Shown one piece after another: positions 1 through 10,964 of a DNA stretch of 36,243 nt. The translations under genes and the position numbers were made by a program. The notes under the pieces are model-generated. The model searched no databases. It saw nothing but the letters and a program-made list of their open reading frames with translations, and was not told the origin of the DNA. The DNA is from Macrostomum lignano (Eukaryota): assembly GCA_002269645.1 (NCBI GenBank), contig NIVC01003309.1:1-36243 (forward strand), given 5' to 3'. Positions within the stretch are counted from its first letter, which is position 1; each line of letters opens with the position of its first letter.

Positions 1-1
1 C

Positions 2-145
2 AATCAGCCCACGCCAGAGCAGCCGGCCACAACTCAGCTAGACCTGCGAGGCAGTCAGCTGTTCGAGCCAAGCCTCCGCCATCCGGAAGTGCTCGCCGAA
101 GGCGACCCGGATCTGCCTGACATCGGCATGGAAATGGAGATCTGA
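2..145 (+). CDS. 3' end of an unidentified ORF running in from the window edge (…NQPTPEQPATTQLDLRGSQLFEPSLRHPEVLAEGDPDLPDIGMEMEI*)
   Basis: Frame 2 is open from position 2 to TGA at 143-145. The sequence is GC-rich and coding-like and turns AT-rich right after the stop. No family recognised. Confidence 0.4.
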   Translation, partial: NQPTPEQPATTQLDLRGSQLFEPSLRHPEVLAEGDPDLPDIGMEMEI

Positions 146-310
146 AAAGGTATTTACCAATGAATTTTCTGTTGCGCCAAGTTGCTAATTTGATGCGCAT
201 TACTAGTAGTAGTCTAATTTGTGAACGCGTTCCGATTTTAATTTTGCGGTAAGCTTTCTCTGTACCTGTTCTGTGCTGAAAGCAGATTTCAATTTTCCAG
301 TTCAATTTTA

Positions 311-550
311 TTTTCCTTATGCTTGAGGGATAAAAGCAACAAATTTTCTGTACTTTCCTTATGCTTGAGGGCAAAAGCAATTAATTTTCTGTACTTTCCT
401 TATGCTTGAGGGCAAAAGCAACTAATTTTCTGTACTTTCCTTATGCTTGAGGGCAAAAGCAATTAATTTCTGTACTTCCCTTATGCTTGATGGCAAAAGC
501 AGTGTTTCTCAATGTACTTTCCTTATGCTTGAGGGCAAAAGCAACTAATT
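311..550. repeat. 41-bp tandem repeat, ~6 copies
   Basis: Unit TTTTCTGTACTTTCCTTATGCTTGAGGGCAAAAGCAA(C/T)TAA at 344, 385, 426 and 467, plus partial or diverged copies at 311 and ~514. Confidence 0.9.
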
Positions 551-1488
551 TTTTTTCCATTTCTGCTCCTTACGCTTTCCGGTCAAAAGCCTTTGTACAT
601 TGTGCTCATGCTCAATTGGTGCCCATATTTATTCAACGCGACCTGCACTTCTGCGTTCTGATATTTAGCCTTAGGCTTGATGGGAAAAGCCAGCACCTAC
701 GCGACAATTACTTATCCGCATGCAATTCATTAATTTGCTCAATTGCGTGTCATTAACTTTGCGAAGTTATATTTCAATCGTAAACCTTGCAGTCCTTGCT
801 TGTGGCTGAAGGTATTTTTTTTAATTTTTGCAAGCCAATGTTGCTCTGGTGCCACAGTCGTTTGCCCGCTCAGGTCTAGCCACCCTGGCTCTAGGCCTTG
901 TCCTCAGCGGAGGGCATCTGAGGTGAACGGCCCCCTTTTTCTTTGTTCTGACCAAGCCGAGCCTGGGAAAATTTGTAAGGGCGCCTGTCCAGCCCCTTCC
1001 TAGTGCCTTTTGCCGTTTTGTGTAACTCCTTATGGAGATCCAAATTCTAACTCAGTCACTATGCCTGTATCTATCTGCTATTCTAATTTTTAGGAACTAC
1101 CTATGTTCTTACTATTTTTCTAAACTACTGTTTATGCGAATGTTCAGCCCCCCCCTCTCTCTAACCGCCAACCTGTTTTGTGAGCCGTGTGAGGCGCCCC
1201 ATTCATTCATTCTGATTTTGGACCCCTGCCGCGCGGTTATCTATTTTATGACTCCTTGATTCATGCGCCCATCCCAACTCTGTGTGCCACCTTAGAGTGC
1301 ACGGGGGTGATGGCTCAATTCCAGTGGTTGAATTTTATTTCCTCTGGTTGGTTTGGAATTCCACCAGTTGGAATATTTTGCACCTATTTTAGGGGCCATC
1401 TTCAATTTTATTTTCTCCAATTCTGTTGATCCGACCTGCTAAGCTAAATTTTCTTCTGGACACTCGCATTACGTCTCGTCGCAGCTCT

Positions 1489-2134
1489 ATGGCTAACAAT
1501 TGGTCCAACTGCGACAATGTCTCTCCAGAGATGCAGACAACCGCGCCCTGGCTGTCCACCAATGAAGCTGACACCCTGCGGGCCCTGGCCACTGCCCCAA
1601 GCGGCGCGGCCCCAGCTCGCGAACAGCTCCGCCGCGCGCTCAACGAGGCCTACCACCAGGCGGACGACAAGGGCCGCGTTCAAGTGGATGCCCCATGGCA
1701 GACACTCTGTCGCGAAATGCCGCCCGTGAACACGAGGGAGCTCCTCGATGCGACGCTGCGGCGTGTAGATGCCTGCTTTCGCAAGGGAGGACGACCCCTG
1801 GCCTGCCCTCGCCCTATTTGTCACGCTGGCTTATTAGGAGGCGGGCCACCTCCAGAACGGATGGCTGCCAGAGGTCCGCCAGTTCTGGGAGGCCGCCATC
1901 GAGAGGCACCCGGAGCCTTAAATGGGCAGCGCCTGCAGCTTCTTGACCTTCAGCCCGAGCCTGCGCGTGGCCGGCTGGCGAAGCAGGACTGCCGCCCCTG
2001 AGACGTCCGGGAGTTCGTCTGTCTGCTGCCATTCGCCCCGGCGCCCCCGCGCCTGTGGTAGGCCGGTCTACCACTGGGGTGAACGACGGCAGATCTCTCG
2101 CGGGCGACAACATGAGGACGGCCGGACAGATTGA
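1489..2134 (+). pseudogene. GC-rich, probably decayed coding segment of unknown family (possibly TE- or virus-derived)
   Basis: ATG at 1489 opens MANNWSNCDNVSPEMQ…LRRVDACFRK. Downstream, coding-like text appears to switch frames (REDDPWPALALFVTLAY*EAGHLQNGWLPEVRQFWEAAIERHPEP*) with in-frame stops. A sharp GC island in AT-rich flanks. Confidence 0.3.
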
Positions 2135-4294
2135 CGTCATTTTTTTTTCAACTTTTGTTCCCTGGTTTGTTCCCCCGTTTGTTCCCGCCCTTGCTCCCTT
2201 GTCTGTTCCCTTTTCTGTTCCCTCCATTGGCCCCTGTTGTTTTAATGTTTCCAGCAGCCGGGTTTTCCTCTTTTTCCCTTCGTTGTCCCTTCCCTTGTCC
2301 CATCCTCTGTCCCACCCCTGGGATCCTTCACGCCAATATGTTATATATGAGTTATCTCTGGAGTCATTTTTTTTAAAGTGTGTGTGTTTGTTTGAGTTTT
2401 AGTTTAGTTAGTTTCTGCTCCTGTCTCTGCTTGTTCATCTCGCGTAGCGATAATAACTAACCGTAATAATAATTAACGAAATAATAATAAGTTCGCAACA
2501 TTTAATATTTATTCAGTTGTTCAGAATTGAAGCCTTTAGTTTTCTATTGAGTCATTTGCCCGCGGGGCATAAAATAACCAATCAGTCTCATCTCAAAGAA
2601 AGCTCTGAGACCCTAAACATTCCGTAAAACGACATTTATGGTGGTGGCAGCGCTACTTTACTACTGAGAGTAACACAACTAGCAATTTTGACAAACTATA
2701 ATTTTTCGGTGTCTGAGGACCTAATTTGAATGACCCGGGCCGCTACAGGACCACTCGACTACGATTACGACTACCCTCCCCCGGAATTGAGGACCCGGCA
2801 GACGGAGTAACCTAGGAGAAGAATCAGCGCAGCAATTTGTGCAATTTTCCGGCTTTACATGCCAACGACAAACCCAAATTTTTTATTCTCCCTAATCTTA
2901 CAATTTCAAATCTTGTTTATTTTTTTCACCACCCCTACCTCACTAGTAATAGTTCAAAAGTCAAAACCCCTTATTTTGGTATTAGCCAACTGACCACTAA
3001 AATTATAGGCCTATTTCTTTTTCTGCCCTTACCTTAATATTTATTCTAATTTTAAGAAATAAATGCCAAGAATATATTATAAATCCTTTGTTTTGCATAT
3101 AAAAAGAAGATTATCTTTTTTCCAATAAATATAAAATATATAAAATATTATAAGCTAATAATAATATTTATAATACATATATTTACTAAATATTTCAATA
3201 GGCCTTAATATTAATATTATGACCTATTTTACTAGGACCTATATTAATATTAGCACATTCTGTTTTATTAGGCTTAATACTTATTAAAATTATATTATAG
3301 TTGCTAGGCCTAGGCTTTTCATTAAAAAACATATTGTCTTATTTAATTTTAACTAGGCCTACTATAAGTTTAAAATAAGCCTAAGCCTTAGGCTAAGGAA
3401 GCGGAAGGAAATATTTTGCCAAACATTAAAAAAAATAATTTTTTTGTAATTATTATATAACTTTTATTTTAAAAGGAAGTATTGACACTATTGCATACCA
3501 TAAACATGGCAAAAATAATTAAAGTTTATAATTAAATTATCATATAGGCCTAATGTTGGCAAATGGCAATCCTGCACTGGTGCACTTTAATTGAGTAAAT
3601 TATTTTGACATCGAATATGCATTTTAAGCCCCCTACACTATTTCAATTTTACATGGATAGCAGAGACTTGTATTTAATTAAAATCAGTCTTGTAAGTAAT
3701 TATGTAAAAACATACTTGCTCACATATACACACTAGGCCTAATTCATATGGCACTAGCTTGTGGCCTCCCGGATGAATGGATGATAGATCCGTCAGGCAC
3801 CACCGAATCACTGCAGACAGGACTCGGACTGCAGTTTCACAATCCTGCGACCTGCGGCGACTGTTACCTGCTGTACTTTAAAAACAATGGCTTAGGTGTT
3901 GACCTATCCCACAATAACTACTGTTTATAACAAAAAATATACCATGATAACAGCAGAAACTACGCTCAGCAAAACAGCATAAAGTTCCTCTTCCTCCAGG
4001 ACCAAGTTGCAGCAGTTCAGTTTCAGCTTGTTGCGATTCTCGTTTCACGGAAAGAAAAAATCGAGAGAAACAGAAACTCTATTGTAGCACGTATAACAAA
4101 ACAAACTTTTATGTTTAAATGCTTTAAAAGCGAGAATACAAACTACTGCCTTCTATTAATTAGTTCTTTAACTTTGAAAAGCAATATTCCTTCTTTATAT
4201 AAGTTAAAACATTACGGCATTTACAATAATAAGTGAACTGCCTGAATTGAAAGATCGATCGATAGGTCGATCGCATCGTTTAATAGTTACAGGC

Positions 4295-5066
4295 TAGGGG
4301 TCCCAATGGATAGCTATCCCGGCTTTTTGTTAGTGTTCGGGATCCCGGGATTAGGGATCCGGGATCCGGGTAGCACGGGATTGCATGGAATTTACAATTT
4401 GCAAAAGTGAATATTTTTCGTCTTGCAGTTAGCAGTTAACAGTTTTGAGAGAATTTTTGCATCCTGAGAATGAAGTTTTAGAATGAAGGACAGTAGGACT
4501 ATTAATCAACTGTATCAAGCACTACTACTAGTCACTGAGTAGACTAAGGGTCTAGTCTAGACTCTAACCTGTCAAGTGGCAATGGCCCTGGACACTGGGC
4601 CCAACTGGTCCGCGGGGCCCGCTGCAGGGCGCAGGCGCAGCTAGCTAAGGAAAAGAAAGGAAGCAGTAGAAAAAGGAGGCCGGGTGGGGACTGGGTTCTG
4701 AGTCTGAGCCTCGATCTGTGTGTGTGTGTGTGTGAGGTGGTCTGTGTGTTGGGGGCTGAAAGAGGCACCCAGCGCAGCGTATACAGTCCTAATCCGAGGG
4801 GAGAGGGTGTAGTTTAGTTATGTATGTACAACTAACAACTAACTTCAACTATTTTATCAATGCAGTATAAGCTAGAAATAGAAAGTAGAAATCCAACAAA
4901 TGATGCATGCTCGAATTGGTTGAGAAATTTGTTTTGTGGATAATAGAAAGCTTTCCGTAAATTTTGTTTGTTTAAAAATCCCGGGATTGGCCCGGGATCC
5001 CGGGATTTGGTCAATTTTTTTCCGGGATACCGGCATTTGTAAAATGTCCGGGATTTGGGACCCCTA
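4295..5066. mobile_element. Non-autonomous hAT-type DNA transposon, 772 bp
   Basis: 12-bp perfect TIR TAGGGGTCCCAA (4295-4306) / TTGGGACCCCTA (5055-5066). 8-bp flanking direct repeat TTACAGGC (4287-4294) / TTACAGGT (5067-5074), 7/8 match. Subterminal CCGGGAT/ATCCCGG motifs cluster at both ends. No transposase ORF. Confidence 0.8.
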
Positions 5067-5933
5067 TTACAGGTATATCTGATTTCGAAACGCCAAAGGG
5101 AAGGTATTTTATATCATATTTCCAATTGAACACATGATTGTTGGACACAACACCCTGTGTTATTGAAAGATTTTTTTCAACAAGTCTCTTTAGTCCCTTT
5201 TTCGGATTTTTTTAGCTTCGCTGAAACTAACAAGAATTCGAGAAATCGGATAAATTGTGCAGGTCATTTTTTAAGACGTAGTACGACTTGCAGTGACATC
5301 AACAATCACATTAACTAATGATAACCATCTGATCGCGGCTTCCAAATGGTTACATATAGCTATAAAGATTGCATGGTACATGTACATAGTAGCACGTTCG
5401 TCTCACATAATTTTAGAAGTCCACTAACTTAATTGCTGTGAAAGGTGCATACCATACCCAAGGACCATGCACTGTATAATACTGTATACCGGCGCAGCGG
5501 ATCAGAGTATAATACTAAGACAACACTGCCAGGTGATTAAAATATTACATAAAGTAACTATAATTTATGAAAAGTTTTCATGACAACTTAACGTTTATAC
5601 GCTCGTGGGTTACAGCTAGTATATACATGTATGTAACAGAAAATCACATTTGTAGGCGACGAAAGCGGTACAATTGCAACAGTTGCTTGATCATGAATCT
5701 CGCAATAAAAGTGTTCCTGCTTTTTGAGAACTTTAAAATATAAATAACAGTACAACAGCAACAAGTTATAATTAAATTGCACGCGCATAATTATACACTG
5801 GATTTATTAACTTACGAGTGGAAGTCCTCCTCCGGAGGAGAAAGGGGAAGAACTCCCATCACCGGAATTCCATTCCCTGAAATCCATCAGCTGAAACTTC
5901 ACTTGAATCCCATCTTCCAAATCGTCTCCAAAT

Positions 5934-7002
5934 TCTTTACAAAATCTTTGAAAGACCATAGCTCAAAGACTCTCACGTCTCTCATATCTCCTCTCTCTTC
6001 TATTCGCTATTATCGTGACTCTCTTCTCTCTCCTCTCTCTCATCTCATCTCTACCCCTACTCCCTTATTTATCTCTTCTCCCTCGTCTTTCGTTTGTACC
6101 CTCTCCTGTCTCTTGTCTCATCTCTTCTCTCATATCTCTCCTCTTCACTTCTGTCTCCTGTCTCCTCTCTTCTCTCTTATCTCTCCCTCTTCTCTCCTCT
6201 CTCATATGTCATCTCTACTCACTTATCTATCGTCTCTCTTTACCCTCTCTCTCCTCTGTGCTCTCATTTCTCATATCTCATATACGCTCTCACACTCTAC
6301 TTTCTTGTCTCCCATCTTTCTTTCCTCCTTTCCACTATCCCCTGTCTCTTCTCTTCTCTCTTTTCTCCTCTCCTTTCTCCTTTCATCTTCTCCCCTCTCT
6401 TCTCTAATTTCTAATCTCTTCTCTCTTATGTTCTCACGCATCTCTTCTCATCGCATCTCTCATCTCTCCTCTCCTCACTACTTTCCTCTCTTAACTCTCT
6501 CATCTCTGATCTTTCATCTTTCATCTCTCTCCTCTCTCTCTTCTCCTTTCGCTTCTCTCTCCTCTCTCTCCTCTCATCTCTACTACCTTATTTATATCTT
6601 CTCCCTGGTCTTTCGTCTCTACTCTCTCCTGTCTCCTTTCTCCCCTCTTTTCTCCTCTCTTCTCTCTCCTGTCTTCCCTCCTCTCTCATCCCTCATCCCC
6701 TCATCTCACTCTTTCTTTCTCCTCTACTCTCCCCTCTCCTATATTTCCTCTGTACGCTCTTATCCCTCATCTATTCTCTCTCATATTATCTCTCTTGTAT
6801 CCCTTTGCTATCTCATATCTCCCCTCTCATCTTCTCTCTCCTCTTCTCTTCTCTCTCCTTCGTTCACGCCTTACTCCCTCTTCTCTCCCATCCGTCATGT
6901 CTAATCTCTCGTCTCATTTCTACTCTGTTTTCTATCATCTCATCTCATCTCTCTTCTCTTTTGATTCTTCTCTTTACTCTCTTCTCTGACTGACTGAAGA
7001 TA
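5934..7002. repeat. CT-rich (polypyrimidine) low-complexity tract
   Basis: About 1 kb almost devoid of G on the + strand (TCTC/CTCT/ATCT motifs). Absent from the equivalent position of units 2-5. Confidence 0.85.
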
Positions 7003-7030
7003 CCAAATCCATCAAAATCCCTCCGTGAAA

Positions 7031-7130
7031 CAGAAATCCTCTCCGCGAAACAGAAATCCTCTCCGCGAAACAGAAATCCTCTCCGCGAAACAGAAATCCT
7101 CTCCGCGAAACAGAAATCCTCTCCGTGAAA
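7031..7130. repeat. 20-bp minisatellite CAGAAATCCTCTCCGCGAAA, 5 copies, with degenerate copies to ~7330
   Basis: Exact 20-bp periodicity at 7031, 7051, 7071, 7091 and 7111. Degenerate versions recur in every array unit (8410-8640, 9765-9865, 11060-11200, 12735-12830). Confidence 0.9.
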
Positions 7131-7374
7131 CTGGACTCCTTTCGAAATCCAATCCGCGAAACAGAAATCCTCTCCCTGAAACTGGGCTCCATGGAAATCC
7201 TCTGAGTGAAACTGACATCCATCAAAATCGTCTCCGTAAAACAGAAATACATCTAGATTCTCTCCACGAAAAAGAAATCCTCTCCGTGAAACCGAAAACC
7301 ATCAGAATACTCCGTGAAACTGGACTCAATCGAAATTTTCTCTGTCAAAAAGAACTTAACTCCCAGAATTCATT

Positions 7375-7392
7375 GGTTAGGGTTAGGGTTAG
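7375..7392 (+). repeat. Interstitial telomeric tract (GGTTAG)3
   Basis: ggttagggttagggttag, at the homologous position in unit 1. Confidence 0.9.
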
Positions 7393-8315
7393 AGCTGCAC
7401 AGAGCTGCGTGTTGAATTAATTGAATCAATTAATTGCGCAAACCATTTCTCAGTCAGACAGTATCAGTCTTATTTAAAGTTAAATAAACGGTTGCGCAAT
7501 CTAAATCAACCCTCCAATACGCAGCGGCAGATCCCCTTCCAATACGCCCAACTTTATCTATTACGTCTCGCAAAACTGAGTAAAATTTTTGCAGAAAGTT
7601 AAAAGTATGGAAATGGTTTTTTTTAATGCTGTGCTTTTTCTTTTCATATTTAAAGCATACAACTTATATCCCCGAACTCAGCGTTGCAAGATCTTTCCAG
7701 CAATATAAGTCTCTCCTCTCAAAGTTTAAAACTCGAGGAACAGTTAGCGTTTGAAATTTACTGATTTCCCGACTGCTTGCTAGAGAAGCTCGCAAGTTTA
7801 TTCATTGAATTTCACTGCCAAACTAATACACAGGGCTGCCTATGGAGAAAAAAGGCGCCAATAATAAAACCAAATGAATCTCGACACAGTCTATCTATTT
7901 ACACTGTACAACTGCTATGTACACTCAGCCCAAGCCCAACCCCCGTTCTGGGGGAAGCATTAAATTTAACTCAACCCCCCAACACGCGGGGGGGGTTTAT
8001 TTTCATTGAACCCAGAACACGCGCACCCACCACCCCTCAATACACAGCGGCCCGCGGGCGGAGGTTGGGGTGGCTATTTTTACAAACTGGCTGAAGCCCC
8101 AGGCAGAGTGACCAAAGAAGGTTATTGGGGGTTAAAAAAGCAGTTTTCTGCTTTTTTAGGGATGTTAAAATGTGAAAATTAAAAATTAAAATAGCCTAAA
8201 GCCTGCTCCGGAAAATTTGCAGTTTTCCCATATAAGTTTCGACGCTGACTTGCCAGAATTGTAGGAGTTCACTTACAACATACAGACAAACATCGCGTCA
8301 GTTTTAGTATAAGGA

Positions 8316-9697
8316 CGAGACCAACTCCTCCTCTGGAGGAGAAAGGGGAAGAATTCCCATCACCGGAACTCCATTCCCTGAAATGCCATTCCATGAAACC
8401 CATCATCCAACTCCTCTCCGCGAAACTGAACATCATCTAAATCCTCTCCGTAAAAGAGAACTCCATCAAACACCTCTCCGTGAAACTGACATTCATCAAA
8501 ATCCCCTCCGAGAAATAGAAATCCTCTCCGTGAAACTGGACTCCATGGAAATCCTCTCCGTGAAACTGACATCCATCAAAATCGTCTCCGCGAAACAGAA
8601 ATTCTCTCCATTAAACTGGACTGAATCGAAATTTTCTCCGTAAAAAAGAATCAACTCTCAGGATTTAGTGGTTAGGGTTAGGGTTAGGGTTAGGGTTAGA
8701 GCTACAACGCAGCAGCGTGTTGAACCAATTGAATTAATTGAATGCGCAACCGATTTCACAGTCAGTCAGTATCAGTCTCGGTAAAAGTTAACAAAAAGAT
8801 TGCGCAAACTAAATCAACCCTCCAATACACAGCGACTGACCCCCTTCCAATACGCAGTGGCAATTAAAAGTTGAACCCCCCCTCCCACCAACTGTTGGGG
8901 GGTTGGTCGAACCCCCATTGAACTCCAAAATGAGTACACTGCCGAAAGTTAAAAGTATGGAAATCGTTTTTTAAATGCTGTGCTTTTTGTCTTCACATTT
9001 AAAGCAAACAACTTATATCCCCGAACTCAGTATTGCAAGATCTTTCCAGTAATATAAGTCCCTCCTCTGAAAGTTTAAAACTCGAGGAACAGTTAGCGCT
9101 TGAAATTTCCTGATTTAAAGCATTAAAGTATCGAGTGTACGTTCACAGCCTGCTAAAGAGGCTCGCAAGTTTATTCATTAAATTTTACTGCCCAGCAAAT
9201 ACACATGGCTGCCTATTGAATGCCGCCGATAATAAAACCAATTAAATCTCGACACAGTCCTAGCTATCTCCTTACACTGTACAACTGCTATGTACACTCA
9301 GCCCAAGCCCAACCCCCCATTCCGGGGGAATCGTTAAATTTAATTGAACCCCAACACGCGGGGGTTTTGCATTTAACGCAGAACACGCGCACCCACCCCC
9401 CCAAAACACAGCGACCCGCGGGCGGAGGTTGGGGTGGCTATTTTTACAAACAGACTGCAACCCCTCCACTGGAGAGGCAGAGTGGCCACAGAAGGGCCAA
9501 AGAAGGTTAGGAAATCAGTTTTCTGCTTTTTTAGGGATCTTAAAATGTAAAAATGAAAGATTAAAATTGCTATAAACCCAGTCCGGAAAATTTGCAGTTT
9601 ACCCATATAAGTTTCAACGCTGACTTGCCAGTAGTTTAGGAGAAAAGTTGCAACATACGGACAAACAAACAAACATCGCACCAGTTTTAGTATTAAA
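8316..9697 (-). mobile_element. Helitron-like unit 2 (1382 bp)
   Basis: 5' TTTAATACTAAAACTGGTGCGATGTTTGTTTG. 3' hairpin CTCCTCC-tct-GGAGGAG (+ strand 8325-8341), then CTCG. Confidence 0.65.
8670..8699 (+). repeat. Interstitial telomeric tract (GGTTAG)5
   Basis: Five perfect hexamers containing four GGG runs. Confidence 0.9.
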
Positions 9698-10964
9698 CGA
9701 GGCCAACTCCTCCTTCGGAGAAGAAAGGGGAAGAACTCTCATCACCGGAATCCCATTCCATGAACTCTCCGCGAAACAGAAATCGTCTCCGTGAGACTGA
9801 ACACCATCGAAATCCTCTCCGCGAAAATCCTCTCCGTGTAACTGGACTCAATCAAAATTTCTCCGTCAAACAGAACCCAGCTCTCAGAATTCATTGGTTA
9901 TGGTTAGGGTTAGGGTTAGAGCTACACACAGCTGCGTGTTGAAAGGCGCCGTAAAAACATTGAACCAATTAAATTGCGCAACTTATTTCTCAGGCAGTCA
10001 GTATCAGCCTCGGTTAAAGTTAACAAAAAATTGCGCAATCTAAATCAACCCTCCAATACACAGCGACCGAACCCCTTCGAATACGCAGCGCAGCTAGAAA
10101 TTGAACCCCCCCCCACTGTTGGGGGTCTGTCAAACCCTCATTGAACCCTCGAAAATGAGTACGATCTTTGCAAAAAGTTAAAAGTATGGAAATTGCTTTT
10201 CGAATGCTGTGCTTTTAATTTTCACATTTAGAGCAAACAACTTATATCCCCTAACTCAGCGTTGCAACCTCTTTCCAGCAATATAAGTCTCCTCCTCAAG
10301 TTTAAAACTCGAAGAACAGTTTGGCTTTGAAATTTCCCGTTTTAAGGAATTGAACTATCGAGTGTACGTTCACTGCCTGCAGCAGTGGGAGGCTCGCAAG
10401 TTTATTCCTTGAATTTTACTGTCCAACAAATACACAGTGTCCAACAAATACACAGGGCTGCCTATTGAAAATCAGAAAACATATCGTTGCGCAATTGTCT
10501 ATACAATCAGCCAGTGAGCTAGGGTCCGATTGTACACACGCAGCCACTGAGAACGCCCCCATTCCCCCATTGGAGAGAAAATACACTGCCGAGATAGGAG
10601 AAAGTTATGGCGTAATCACTAAAAATTGATGCCAACTGGCCCGGTTACACCCCTTCAGCTAAAAGAATACACTACACAGATAGGCCAGCTGTTGTGGCGC
10701 AATCACTAAGAGTTGCGCAAGGTGGATCATATTCCCTATTGTTATATTATTTCTGCTTTTTTAGGGATCTTAAAATGTGAAAATGAAAGATTAAAATAGC
10801 TATAAACCCAACCCAGAAAATTTGCAGTTTACCCATATAAGTTTCAACGCTGAGTTGCAAGTAGTCTTGGAGAAAAATTGCAACATACAGACAGACAAAC
10901 ATCGCACCAACTTTAGTATTAAGAAGATACAGACAGACAAACATCGCACCAACTTTAGTATTAA
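9698..10964 (-). mobile_element. Helitron-like unit 3 (1267 bp)
   Basis: 5' TTAATACTAAAGTTGGTGCGATGTTTGTCTG, present twice (10890-10924 and 10928-10964). 3' hairpin CTCCTCC-ttc-GGAGAAG, then CTCG. Confidence 0.65.
9902..9919 (+). repeat. Interstitial telomeric tract (GGTTAG)3
   Basis: Three perfect hexamers preceded by a GGTTAT variant. Confidence 0.9.

Larger units (their letters stand above)
5815..8315 (-). mobile_element. Helitron-like unit 1 (2501 bp, includes a ~1.07-kb CT-rich insert)
   Basis: 5' TCCTTATACTAAAAC at 8315. Perfect 14-bp palindrome CTCCTCCGGAGGAG at 5827-5840, 12 nt from the CTCG end. Confidence 0.65.

Noticed and set aside
2642-2652. TGGTGGCAGCG, resembling a tRNA-Leu primer-binding site
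   Set aside because: Only 11 nt match, it is not preceded by an LTR ending in CA, and no gag/pol or second LTR is visible.
5777-6993. 375-aa and overlapping Ser/Leu-rich ORFs
   Set aside because: A by-product of the G-poor CT tract, which cannot easily form stop codons. It has a non-ATG start and no domain content.
7031-7330. Heat-shock-element array in the 20-bp minisatellite (precedent: HSE-bearing Helitrons in Caenorhabditis)
   Set aside because: GAA triplets are present but not in the alternating nGAAnnTTCn arrangement.
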